Source: a virus. Taken from it: a stretch of DNA of 64,000 nucleotides. Positions 21,201-29,082 of the stretch are shown here, piece after piece; position 1 is the first letter of the stretch, and each line of letters opens with the position of its first letter. The position numbers and the translations under genes are program-made. The DNA lies in the IMG/VR virus record IMGVR_UViG_3300004184_000006, positions 1 through 64,000 of that record, one strand, 5' to 3'. The notes below the pieces were generated by a model. It did not search any database and was not told the origin of the DNA. It saw only the letters and a list, made by a program, of their open reading frames with translations.

Positions 21201-22720
21201 TGCTGCCCAATGGCTTGCTGCATGGACATTGCCACAACGGTTGCCTGCCAGTATTTTTCCTGCTCGCCATCGTCTAAACTGGATTTAATCTGACTGGTAA
21301 CTCCGCGCAACCATGCTGGAATATCCAAGCCGCGTGATGTGTTGCGCATGAACTCAGATACAGCATCAACATCTTGCCATGAAACCTTGCTTTCAAACGC
21401 CGCGTAGGGTGTGTCGCACTTGGACATAACCTGACTAGCAAAATTACTATCCTCATTATGTGGTAACGCTTCCCATGTGCCGTTTTTATAGCGCAATGTT
21501 TGACCTGACTGAATAACTGTATCGCCATTTTTATAAACAATAGGGTCGGTTTCAGTGGTATTAAGCAATGCCCAATCAATGCGTGAAGTCGGGAACTTTT
21601 TAAGCATCTTTGCCAGGTCTGGCATGGTTGCACTATTGGTTACGCGGTCGCGCCCCTCTGGGCTTAAATGGTGGGCATTAGGGTCTTTAGCGATAAAGTC
21701 GCCCAGTATAAAACGCTCATTCGCGCCTTTGTACCAGTGGCCATCTAGGAACGTGTCCCATTGCACTTTTGCATCAATCAGGGTTTGCGGGGATTGCTCG
21801 CGCACTTCGGCAATCTTTTCAGACGCTTCTTTGCTGAATTTGCGGAATACAATAACGTCCGTCATGGTATCAGCCGCCGCCGTGCCGAACACCTCATTAG
21901 GCAAGCGATACGCACCTAAGAACTCGGCCATTAAAGAGGCTTTTTGTCGCACTGATACGCTTTTGGCATCCAAGCCAGTGACTACGGACGGGGGGACGAT
22001 AAACGCGGCCAAGCCACGCGGTTTAAGCTTTTCCAGCGAGCGCAAAATGAAATAGCCCTGTAGGGTTTCTTTTTGGTATTTTGGATCGTGCATAAAGTTA
22101 TCGCCACGCGCCGATAATTCGCCGAATGGTACGTTCGTCACTACCGCATCATAAATTTCATCGGGGTTTGCTGCTGCCACCTTTTCAAACGGGGCAATCG
22201 TTGTGCTGTAAAACTCGTTATCATTAACAAGCTTTTGTACCATGCCGCTGGTTTCCGACAATTCCACCGCGTCAATAACTGAGTTTTTGGGGCTTGTTGC
22301 TCCAAAAATACCAGTACCACCACACGGGTCGAGTACCTTACCACCACTAAAGCCAAGCTCAGACAATAATGCCCACATACCTTCGGCTATAGGCGTAGGG
22401 GTGTAGTATTCGTATTGGCTACCTTTCATGCCGTCCGCGCCTGTCAATGCCCCGCCTTGACCTGAATACTTGGCCAATACAGCTTTATCAGCATCGGTTA
22501 CTTGATAATTTTCGTTTTTAACCTTGGCAAGTATTAACTCAGCGGCAGCGTTCGCGGCTTTGCGCTGCTTAGGCGTGCGCTTATCGTCATACTCGTACAG
22601 GTGTGCGGTTGATACGCGCTCAATTTCAAGGGATTCAATCAATAGGTTTTTGAGTAAATCAAAGGCATCAAGCCCAGATTTAACAGACAGAACAGCGGTT
22701 TTTAGCGTTTGGGTATTCAT
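15209..22720 (-). CDS. darB: DarB-like DNA methyltransferase-SF2 helicase fusion, intein-containing
   Basis: SQYEYYTPTPIAEGMW, VLDPCGGTG, TNVPF (MTase); GLGK[intein]T, DEAH, TATP, QRNGRGQRQGN (helicase); N-terminus matches recalled P1 DarB. Confidence 0.9.
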   Translation of the reverse strand: MNTQTLKTAVLSVKSGLDAFDLLKNLLIESLEIERVSTAHLYEYDDKRTPKQRKAANAAAELILAKVKNENYQVTDADKAVLAKYSGQGGALTGADGMKGSQYEYYTPTPIAEGMWALLSELGFSGGKVLDPCGGTGIFGATSPKNSVIDAVELSETSGMVQKLVNDNEFYSTTIAPFEKVAAANPDEIYDAVVTNVPFGELSARGDNFMHDPKYQKETLQGYFILRSLEKLKPRGLAAFIVPPSVVTGLDAKSVSVRQKASLMAEFLGAYRLPNEVFGTAAADTMTDVIVFRKFSKEASEKIAEVREQSPQTLIDAKVQWDTFLDGHWYKGANERFILGDFIAKDPNAHHLSPEGRDRVTNSATMPDLAKMLKKFPTSRIDWALLNTTETDPIVYKNGDTVIQSGQTLRYKNGTWEALPHNEDSNFASQVMSKCDTPYAAFESKVSWQDVDAVSEFMRNTSRGLDIPAWLRGVTSQIKSSLDDGEQEKYWQATVVAMSMQQAIGQHVGTRGFNYLEEYPALSTEIQVIAKLAKSPKSSLGSSVKDALKSVRNQYDMKTGFTKYWRGEVSSIELKATDADKSFEGMMYKAKSKWISLDDAKVALGDDFNEFESTDYCVSGDGKSIIKADDYFVGNLADFLTKLDADIEKAQGNDELIGKLSWQRAEALKRVDTIDVTQMNFTLFSPYVTAEEKLEFVKQFVHPDAMIVVNDKGQKVVDIEINGSKLSDQDKLNKRFGDYLVKRTLSTGGTKFDNLSDIEALRELRKMAVTANTQFDSWVKARPDIQARLNQQSTDASKLQFRPIDDEAELNIAGMNPALKLHGYQCSFVRQMSREFKGVNGFDVGLGKANPLDAKILTPNGWVLMGDIKVGDYVIGSNGKPTKVTGVYPQGEKEIFEVTFNDGAKSECCDEHLWAVRTQVDRNYIGKVKKGLIPFPKDGRMGYQVKSLNEIRQSLFLPHNGTVNYSIPMVEPVEFSSRGELLIHPYALGVILGDGNITHKSISLTICNDDLDIAEKLSGLLPDDVSLNTNKNNKETHCTRYGIAKLSSCVKNSVRQALNDYGLDGASSLTKFIPTDYLLSSVDDRIELLRGLMDTDGYVSKDGITVQFSSSSKQLADGVVFIAQSLGGNATITEKLPSYVDIDGKRVYCALHYTVSLKLSGDINPFYCQRKRDKVLPKTKYSPIRYIKKVKSIGNKPAQCISVDAPDHLYVTDDFVVTHNTFTALAAVQYAHNMGVKSKTLFVVPSSTLSNWKKEAGKAYESMDNTLFIGLRADKDGNESVKSSEYAVDLSRIMENNHSKIFMTYEAFQMIRLKVESVEGYYDYLRRNDDSIQLTGDKKTDEKVKYFLTQITTVLNDKKSNVPNLEDLGIDSIVIDEAHLLKNASTATNTKEAKYLSMPKAAKRAIDAQAKLWVIRGKTPLNDGVLLLTATPITNSPLEVYSMLSLSVGQDKVNNLMMGAAGADSFLEIVCTREDEEDVSIDGIERVISVFKGLDNVAMLRNSIKNTCVIKTAKDVGDQIIVPEADTAIQDLQLGDDIIDMLKDYKGAFRYAIDSLNTAKNDPSKNRGDQQAFVRTMEKFDLTVELMAHPFNLLKNMELLVMDSELDDRATFFTFPKEQLALAKQVIEKFNSKKIKSVRPRMNPYTRDGAITDNISKTDEVTGTIKEWIELNIESYLIDSDTRIVIDTMETLEITAFEDLADTEGLTLNCTIPPKIAALLDNVSKEIMNPRGMVKDGDTVKKSSVVKQIIFCDILATHNKIRRLLTQKCGIPASKIATVTGKTNNEADDILDVQNGFNADGDDNKYQIILANKKAEVGINLQIGTQAIHHLTIGWTPDSLQQRNGRGQRQGNRTAKVNIFFYDADGTFDKQKRSMVERKGDWIGSLMSDQSTNKIDVQGGMSREQMEALMESVGDKDAMERYQENLQAKEAEARAKSTRERQLINLTTIAKQTEWLQANPTAVAYVQAALNDLNNLTLARDKIKKREAKTETAKIKNASALSDLNDSIRVLEEKIDGSCDFFKIDYSGEIDKSYPDAIGAGIIVREVKNWSYNTKGKSFLEILKGYDYIRYDITSGGPIATQWQDNKTMAEGMIESSVKAVETQAADKGAFPASIARAIANGTGVILAGIPIVVGAFVLDADDTEEAPSFNIVTEVSKDYANVIYVYDFKKGGMASSNNFRLHAANIASVKVILPDDNGYTDMCKRAAKLEDTQAYATESGVKLYSDYSSEVSGYRTKAQKFVFYSKSYTLPPPYFSIILNDTLATTPLLKKIAKEQSKVVKVVDTTSSRYDVKVSVDKSLTLADSGKSYVSGISELDIIAALMHYAKAHGLTIGEDDFVGIDAGFKDRSYGFLDDIMEKYFDYSPVIPALEEAVKSVNKVADIEPFVHEHLLKELSFLSPEIADKMVKSGNYAFRIIEKASKALVDSEIDKLTPVFEKILLNAGFPATDHEMIVYAIKRIITSTYMTNPARESSIAGKLAGNLNAANQIMKAAANAGVLPNE
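19061..20176 (-). mobile_element. Class-3 intein (372 aa) with LAGLIDADG homing endonuclease, in the DarB Walker A motif
   Basis: K|ANPLDAKILTPNGW ... EHLW ... LGVILGDG ... LRGLMDTDG ... AQCISV ... VVTHN|T. Confidence 0.9.
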
Positions 22721-22786
22721 AACTAGCCTCGTGTGTAATTGAGGCTAGTTTATAGGGGTGTTAGCGGGTGTTTTATTGGGTTTTTA
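22721..22786 (-). promoter_or_regulatory. Putative late promoter 3 (darB operon) with RBS-occluding hairpin
   Basis: TAAAAACCC (22786-22778)-N25-TAAACT (22752-22747); perfect 10-bp stem AACTAGCCTC/GAGGCTAGTT abutting the ATG. Confidence 0.85.
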
Positions 22787-23201
22787 CAGTGTTGATATGC
22801 TTCTCAATTACAATCCCTATGTGAGCTACCACGCTAGGACATAGACCACCACCTTTCGGTAAAAAATACCCGCCTTTAGGTGAGAAAATTGACCGCATGG
22901 ATTGAACTATAAAAGAGCTGTCTCCATCGCTTTGCCATATCGCGCTTATCAAGCGGGTAACGCACATGACCCACTCATGTGACTCCAAGTGCGAACAGTT
23001 GATAAATATCTCATAGGGCTTTCCATTGAGATTATTAATGGTTATGTACATAGCACACTCTAAACCAGTTGGCTTAATTTTGTAGGTGTAGCCCTGTAGC
23101 ACATCTTCGCGGTCTGGCTTTGGGACGGCAATAACGACCACTTCTTTTTTATCGCCTGCCACCGCATAGCCTGTAATTTTTTTAGTTATTGCCTTAGTCA
23201 T
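22773..23201 (-). CDS. Stand-alone TSCPD-domain (NrdJ C-terminal-like) protein
   Basis: R.DVLQGYTYKIK...MYITIN...PYEIFIN...TRLISA...PSVVAHIG. Confidence 0.7.
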   Translation of the reverse strand: MTKAITKKITGYAVAGDKKEVVVIAVPKPDREDVLQGYTYKIKPTGLECAMYITINNLNGKPYEIFINCSHLESHEWVMCVTRLISAIWQSDGDSSFIVQSMRSIFSPKGGYFLPKGGGLCPSVVAHIGIVIEKHINTVKTQ

Positions 23202-23342
23202 TTTTTGCCGCCTTTATAGGCTTTTTTATTCAAATGTTCCCAGTGCTTCTTTGGCTTTTTCTTTAATTCGATTGGCTTAATATCACAATAGTGATGTCTT
23301 AAAAAAAAGGTTGTTTTTGGATATTGCTGATAAGGGAATCCA

Positions 23343-23543
23343 TTAGCTATGCTCATTCTTTACCACCTTGATAGTGTGCGTTAGTAGTGGGCATTCAGCG
23401 TGCCTTGTATCTGCATCAACATTGTCCTTAATAGGCAAGTCCTTATCTAAGTAACAATAATACAAATACCCATTGGTTTCATGAGAAAAAGGGCATTTAT
23501 GACACCCGCTGGAAACTATTACTTTTTCTGGCAATTCACTCAT
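23343..23543 (-). CDS. Small Cys-rich hypothetical protein
   Basis: C..CPF...C...CPL pattern, common in phages. Confidence 0.55.
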   Translation of the reverse strand: MSELPEKVIVSSGCHKCPFSHETNGYLYYCYLDKDLPIKDNVDADTRHAECPLLTHTIKVVKNEHS

Positions 23544-23758
23544 GATTGCACCTCTGAAACCGATATTGTTAATTCAATTGCAATATTGGCACGGCTGCTA
23601 TTGCTTTTTATGCCGCTAATGTTGTTTAGCTTGCCGCACCATTCTTGGCAGTCTTCTTTATCAGCCCACAATTGTTCGCCTAAAAATCCTTTTAATGGGT
23701 TTTTAGCTTCACATTTTTCTCTGATTATGTACAGGGTGATTGATGATGGGTTTTGCAT
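23540..23758 (-). CDS. Hypothetical protein
   Basis: 72 aa, ATGA overlap with downstream gene. Confidence 0.5.
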   Translation of the reverse strand: MQNPSSITLYIIREKCEAKNPLKGFLGEQLWADKEDCQEWCGKLNNISGIKSNSSRANIAIELTISVSEVQS

Positions 23759-23879
23759 TTTTGAAATCCTTAAGCGTGGATAAAAGTGATAAGCGTATGG
23801 TGTTGTGGCAATACTTGCTTAAGGCACTTTAACGCGGGTAATTAATCCGCGTACAGCCACAACGAGGTAAATTATAACA

Positions 23880-26165
23880 TCAATCCGTAGAATAAATAAC
23901 GCACTTATTGGTTAAATTCCCCACCAATGAGGCTGGGTGAGTTGCCGACGGTGATAAATTAACCGATATATCAGACCAAAAAACAAACGCATTATTATCT
24001 GGACTCCAAGCTCTGTGAAGGTAAGTATTGGCAGAATTAACAACAAATGATACCTGCTCCTGTATCGACTGACAGACACCATAAACTGAAATAGATTCAA
24101 TGCTGGCAATGGCTATACTATCCTGTCCCTGCCACGATAACCCTGCGGCATTAACAACAATAGAGCCTACCGCGCCGCAATAATTATCCTGTACTGAAAT
24201 ACCTATGGCATTAATGATAATGCCAGTCGAAAGCCCTATTGCCTTTGCGCTCTGAGATTGCTCAGACTTACCTATAGCATTAACAGCAGTGTACGAAACA
24301 GAACTAATAGCACGCGAAAACTGAGATTGTTCAGACTTGCCTACGCCACTTACAATAATTCCTAATGATGATCCTATTGCTTTTGTGCTTTGATACTGCT
24401 CAGACAGGGCCGTAGCATTAACGATAATAGATGAAACTGTGCCTATTGCTTTTGTGCTTTGCGCTTGAATAGAACTGCCTACGACACCAGATAATGCAAT
24501 TGTACCAATTGCGGTAGTCGATTGCGCCTGCTCAGATTGCCCAGCACTATTAACGCCTAAAAATGCAACCGATGCTAATGCTTTTGATACCTGACTTTGT
24601 GCCGAATAACCAATGCCGTTTACATTCGCAAAGATAACAGAGGCTACCGCGCTTAAGCCCTGTGTTTGTTCTGATTTTCCTATGCCATTGATGGCTAATG
24701 ACGCAACATTAGGAGAGGCTTGTGTACTTTGTTGCTGTAAGCTGTTACCAACACCGTTGCAATTAACCAAGCCTGTGGCATAAGTAGATTGTAATTGCGT
24801 GCTATATCCTATTCCACTACTTCCTGCCAATGATACCGTGCCAATTGCGCTGGCTACCTGAGATTGATTACTTTGACCTGTGCCATTAATCGCAAGGAAT
24901 GATAATGAACCTACGGCGGTAATATTTTGGGCTTGATTACTGCTACCTATTCCGCTAATAGTGGCAAAGGAAACGCTGCCAACAGCCTGCGTAACTTGCT
25001 TCTGACTGCTCGCTGAAATACCACTAACGCCTGAAAAGCTAACCGATGGAACGGCTCGCGTATCTTGCTGCTGCCAGCTCTGCCCTGTACAAAAAACACT
25101 TAATGTTGCTATTGAAGCTATAGCACTGGAGGCGTGCCGCTGATTGCTTACCGCAATGCCGTTAAGCATTAAATTAGCAACAGAGCCAACCGCGTTTACT
25201 AATTGACCCTGCTCTGATTTTGCTACGCCATTAACCGTAGCAAATGACAATGAGCCTACGGCATAAGATGCTTGTTGTTGAACACTGCCCGCAATGCAGT
25301 TAATTGTTAAATTAGCAACAGAACTTACAGCACTAGACGATTGTTTTTGCTCTGACTTTGCTACGCCATTAACGGCAATAGATGAAACGGTGGCAACAGC
25401 ACTAGATAATTGACTCTGAACGCTTAATACTGAACCATTAACACTAATAGGACCGCTGGATGGTAATGATGGAACAAAGGTTTTATATGGTTTAAAAACC
25501 TGCCACGGATTAGCTGAAATGCTTTTAATTTCAGATAACGATAGCTCTCTATTCCATACTAAAACTAAATCCAGTTCACTTTGGCAATACTCGCTAGCAT
25601 GTCCGAAGCCAATATCAAAAGTTCGTGCAGTCCACGTTCCGCTAATAATGCCCGTTGGAGTTTGAACCACCCCATCTATATAAGCTTTACCGACCGTACC
25701 GTTTTTTGTAATAACAATGGTTTGCGGTTTTCCCGCAACAACTGAACCTGTCGCAGAAAATTGTCTATCCGCATCAGATAATGTACTTCCCCATATCTGC
25801 TTATTGGTCAGATTAGATGGTGCGTAGACTGTAAAGTCATCGCCCATTCCAAAAAGTGACTGTGCATTTTGATCAACAGCTTTGTAATTCTGAATAACAA
25901 GAACAGTAAAGTTCTCGCTATTTATTGGGGTATTAGATTTTGATAATCGATAGGCTGCATTAGCGAATAACTTGCCATGCAAGCCATTTGAGGACGATGG
26001 AGTTGCGGCTGTACCTGTTAATACCGCTAATTCACCGTTCACGGCATTTCTAACAATGCCGTTTTGCAGGTTTACAGCAACTAAAAGTCCTCTGCCTAGT
26101 CCTGTAGTAATAGTGTTTACATAGGCTTTAGGTTGTATACGCCGTTTATTATTAACGGGAAACAT
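23880..26165 (-). CDS. LamG/ConA-like domain plus ~21 x 23-aa repeat protein (virion fibre/adhesin candidate)
   Basis: AYIDG...VWNRELSLSEI (LamG-like), then repeats of VNG.G.S.Q.Q...A.GS.S. Confidence 0.7.
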   Translation of the reverse strand: MFPVNNKRRIQPKAYVNTITTGLGRGLLVAVNLQNGIVRNAVNGELAVLTGTAATPSSSNGLHGKLFANAAYRLSKSNTPINSENFTVLVIQNYKAVDQNAQSLFGMGDDFTVYAPSNLTNKQIWGSTLSDADRQFSATGSVVAGKPQTIVITKNGTVGKAYIDGVVQTPTGIISGTWTARTFDIGFGHASEYCQSELDLVLVWNRELSLSEIKSISANPWQVFKPYKTFVPSLPSSGPISVNGSVLSVQSQLSSAVATVSSIAVNGVAKSEQKQSSSAVSSVANLTINCIAGSVQQQASYAVGSLSFATVNGVAKSEQGQLVNAVGSVANLMLNGIAVSNQRHASSAIASIATLSVFCTGQSWQQQDTRAVPSVSFSGVSGISASSQKQVTQAVGSVSFATISGIGSSNQAQNITAVGSLSFLAINGTGQSNQSQVASAIGTVSLAGSSGIGYSTQLQSTYATGLVNCNGVGNSLQQQSTQASPNVASLAINGIGKSEQTQGLSAVASVIFANVNGIGYSAQSQVSKALASVAFLGVNSAGQSEQAQSTTAIGTIALSGVVGSSIQAQSTKAIGTVSSIIVNATALSEQYQSTKAIGSSLGIIVSGVGKSEQSQFSRAISSVSYTAVNAIGKSEQSQSAKAIGLSTGIIINAIGISVQDNYCGAVGSIVVNAAGLSWQGQDSIAIASIESISVYGVCQSIQEQVSFVVNSANTYLHRAWSPDNNAFVFWSDISVNLSPSATHPASLVGNLTNKCVIYSTD
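24030..25442 (-). repeat. Degenerate 69-nt / 23-aa tandem repeat
   Basis: About 21 units with conserved S-x-Q-x-Q counted in the translation. Confidence 0.85.
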
Positions 26166-26167
26166 AA

Positions 26168-26704
26168 TTAGGCGTTAGTGAAAGTGATTGCTCTATAAGA
26201 TACTACACAACCTGTGCCTAATGCCGCCCCACTGTTGTTTCTAATGACTACGCTAAATGCGTCTGGTAATGCCCCATTGCACAATTCACTTAGCTTAAAC
26301 AACTTCTGAATGCGTTGAGAAGTAATGACATAAGGCACGGCAATAGGCCCCAACATGCTGTTTGGGTCTGACATTGATGCTATCCCCTCTGTCCCTGTCG
26401 GTAATGTAGTTGTGCCGAAGTTGCCGCCGCAAAGCCACGTTGTACCGCCGTCTGTAGACATCCAAGGCACAATATATACATAAACAGCTTGATCGTTAGC
26501 AGGCGCGGTTGCTGCTGTTGACAAGTCTACGGTTATCTCATAATCGACTGCAAACGTACCTACAGCAATATTACTCACTCTAGCCGATTGCCAGCCCGCA
26601 TAAGGTGCGGTCGTGTCAATGGCTAAAGACTGCAAGTTGGTCACAGTCAGTACAGTATATGTACCATAGGCTTGATTGACTGTGGTCATGGCAATAATCC
26701 CCAA
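26168..26704 (-). CDS. Putative virion structural protein (beta-rich)
   Basis: T/A/V/S-rich; coupled within the cluster; true start may be 26689. Confidence 0.55.
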   Translation of the reverse strand: MGIIAMTTVNQAYGTYTVLTVTNLQSLAIDTTAPYAGWQSARVSNIAVGTFAVDYEITVDLSTAATAPANDQAVYVYIVPWMSTDGGTTWLCGGNFGTTTLPTGTEGIASMSDPNSMLGPIAVPYVITSQRIQKLFKLSELCNGALPDAFSVVIRNNSGAALGTGCVVSYRAITFTNA

Positions 26705-27273
26705 ATATCAGATAATTCTTGTATGCCGATTACCCCCTGAACAGTATAAATAACAGCTGTTACTGGCCCTGTTGTTGCTGGCGCATTAGCAAACAATATT
26801 TCAAGGCGTGATGATAATCGTGTACAAGCATTCAAAACAGTAACACCGCCAGCACCACCTGCACTAAGATTAGCTCCTAATGTGCCAGATGGTAAAGCAA
26901 TAACAGCGTCTCTCAAACCTGCTCTGATACCTGCTTTAGACGCATCAATAAATTCTCTTCCACTAATAATATTTTGGAAGTTGAATTGTTTGATACCAAT
27001 AATAAGCGCACGATTAGTTTGTATAGCTGTGCCGTCTGTAGTGTCTGTTGGCGTGTAAGCCGTCCATGTCACTGCATCAATAATTGCATTACTAGGGGTT
27101 ACTGTGTTCCACCCAATAACAGGTGTTACAGGTTTCCCGTTGTAATAATCAGCGATGACTTGCCAGTTTTCGGTTGCTATTGCCTCCTGAAGCGGTTGCC
27201 CTGCTTGTGATAGTGCAACCATATCTACCCTAAGTGCTGCTCTTTGCGTGCTATTTAACATTACTACTCTCAA
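26686..27273 (-). CDS. Putative virion structural protein
   Basis: 195 aa in the fibre-like cluster. Confidence 0.5.
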   Translation of the reverse strand: MRVVMLNSTQRAALRVDMVALSQAGQPLQEAIATENWQVIADYYNGKPVTPVIGWNTVTPSNAIIDAVTWTAYTPTDTTDGTAIQTNRALIIGIKQFNFQNIISGREFIDASKAGIRAGLRDAVIALPSGTLGANLSAGGAGGVTVLNACTRLSSRLEILFANAPATTGPVTAVIYTVQGVIGIQELSDIWGLLP

Positions 27274-27337
27274 CCATGTGTATAGATTAACTTGCCGTCT
27301 GCAATCGATTAATAATCAGTTGCTTGGTAAATTTTCA

Positions 27338-27979
27338 TTATTTATCAACTTTAACAGTCATTTGACCAATAGCAATCGAAAAGGTGTTGGTGTTAAGTAC
27401 AGATTGCGCAACGGTAAAGCCGCCGTACCGTATTAAGTTACCAACAGTCGCGGCATCGTAAAGTGCAAAACCCCAGATTTTTTCGGGGTCAGTTGTCCAG
27501 TTGGCGTTGGCCTGCGTCCAATTGATCGCTCCGTTATTAGACGTTGTTCCAGTTGTGCCGCTTGAAGCTGTCGTTGTGCCTGCGCCTTGTGTGCCTGCCC
27601 ACGCCGCCAAAGTCCCAGCAACCGCTACCCTAGCATACGCACCGCCAGATACCTCATTCATGGCAGTGTTAGCTGCCAGTGCCGCTGATTGCTCAGTCAA
27701 AACTGCCGTGCCATCGGTAATCGCTTCATCTGTTACACCCAAATAAGATGGCGCACCAGCGGCTGTTGTACCCCCTGTTGTTACCTTGTAAAGATGATTG
27801 GCTCCATCGGCTGTTACAACACACACGGTATCATTCAAAGCATACAGTGTTGAACGCGCTACCGTGCCTTTTGTACATTTAAGCAATGCCACATAGAGGT
27901 TAGACACAGGTGTATAAGCTTGTCCGCGCAATTGCGCATCAATAAGTCTGTTTTTTTCGTAATTTGATATAGCTGTCAT
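27338..27979 (-). CDS. Putative fibre/decoration protein
   Basis: SNYEKNRLID...LYVALL...EVSGGAYARVAV...FALYDAATVGN, a recurrent phage fibre-associated family. Confidence 0.65.
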   Translation of the reverse strand: MTAISNYEKNRLIDAQLRGQAYTPVSNLYVALLKCTKGTVARSTLYALNDTVCVVTADGANHLYKVTTGGTTAAGAPSYLGVTDEAITDGTAVLTEQSAALAANTAMNEVSGGAYARVAVAGTLAAWAGTQGAGTTTASSGTTGTTSNNGAINWTQANANWTTDPEKIWGFALYDAATVGNLIRYGGFTVAQSVLNTNTFSIAIGQMTVKVDK

Positions 27980-27980
27980 G

Positions 27981-28400
27981 TTAATAAATTCCTAGGTTAA
28001 AAATGTATGATTGTGTTGTTGTTAAATCGCCGTGCAAATAAAACCCAACTAGCGTATCAGTTGCCAAGACAAAGCCGTCTGTCGCTACCTGCAATGGGGT
28101 TCCTGTTCTTGTAAGTGTTTTTATCACCGTGCCATCTGGCTTTTTTATATCCAGAGTGGCAATGGTTGTTTCGAGTGATGTGCCGAAAGCTGCTGTAAAT
28201 ACGGTATAAGTTCCAGCGGGGAGCATAAACTCATCGACCAACAATGGTGAGACACCAGCAACCCCACGATTTAAGGCGCGGCTGTTGTAATAATTACCCG
28301 CATCACCCTTGTCGCCTTTGTCACCTTTTATGCCAATATTAACCTGTGCCATTACAACGGTTTTTCCTCCGTCTGGAGCTTGAACTAAAAACTTGCTCAT
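27981..28400 (-). CDS. Putative structural protein with short collagen-like segment
   Basis: GIKGDKGDKGDAG. Confidence 0.55.
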   Translation of the reverse strand: MSKFLVQAPDGGKTVVMAQVNIGIKGDKGDKGDAGNYYNSRALNRGVAGVSPLLVDEFMLPAGTYTVFTAAFGTSLETTIATLDIKKPDGTVIKTLTRTGTPLQVATDGFVLATDTLVGFYLHGDLTTTQSYIFNLGIY

Positions 28401-28717
28401 TGAGTAATTGACCTCACTACGTTAATTGTCGCTGTCTCTGTGTGCCTTACCACGCCACCTACAATTTCCTTTAAATCCCAGCTAAGCAAGCCAATTGGCC
28501 AGCTACCAGTTCCGTCAGTTGCCGTAATCGTAAACGTGCCAGCGGGCGAACTTAAAACTGCTATCGTCAAAGTGGCTACCAATTTATCACCCTTTTCTCT
28601 AACTTGAGAGGTTAGCGTAACGCCCGATAGTGACTTTGGCGTTACGCCGTCATTCTCAAGATACTGGCAAGTCAAAACAAATGTTTCACCCCTTTTTATC
28701 TCGATAGTTTCTGGCAT
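28397..28717 (-). CDS. Ig-like / BppU-like structural protein
   Basis: IKRGETF...LSGVTLTSQVR...TGSWPIG...WDL pattern. Confidence 0.55.
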   Translation of the reverse strand: MPETIEIKRGETFVLTCQYLENDGVTPKSLSGVTLTSQVREKGDKLVATLTIAVLSSPAGTFTITATDGTGSWPIGLLSWDLKEIVGGVVRHTETATINVVRSITQ

Positions 28718-28719
28718 TA

Positions 28720-29079
28720 CTAAGCGACTCCCTCAATTTCAGCCAAGTCTGCACATTTGATGCAGGCGGCTTTTAATGCCGCATCAAGCAGGCTATCACC
28801 ACTTATCACCTCACGGCTTAGTCGGTCTACCTCGGCTTTAATCTTTGTGAATACGCCAATTGCACCTAGGGCATCGTGTATGCCGTTGGCTATTTGCTGA
28901 AATAGGTTTTGCTCTGCTTCGGGAACCGATACCGACTCACCTAGCTTCTTAAGGCATACGATTACCTCGCTTTGCGATGATCTTTTGTCCGAAAAAGTAA
29001 GTTTTCCACTGGCGATTTTAGATAAGTTATCGGCAATAGTTTTTTGTAATGCTCTTTTTTCACTAAATGACAATGCCAT
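28720..29079 (-). CDS. DdrA-like protein
   Basis: 119 aa directly after darA, MALS..E...L start; size and position match P1 ddrA, similarity weak by eye. Confidence 0.55.
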   Translation of the reverse strand: MALSFSEKRALQKTIADNLSKIASGKLTFSDKRSSQSEVIVCLKKLGESVSVPEAEQNLFQQIANGIHDALGAIGVFTKIKAEVDRLSREVISGDSLLDAALKAACIKCADLAEIEGVA

Positions 29080-29082
29080 GAC

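Noticed and set aside
23697-23705. Extra GGGTTTTTA copy of the late box
   Set aside because: Inside a CDS, with no -10-like hexamer at the 25-nt spacing
28300-28340. Collagen-like fibre
   Set aside because: Only about four G-x-y triplets, too short to call a collagen domain
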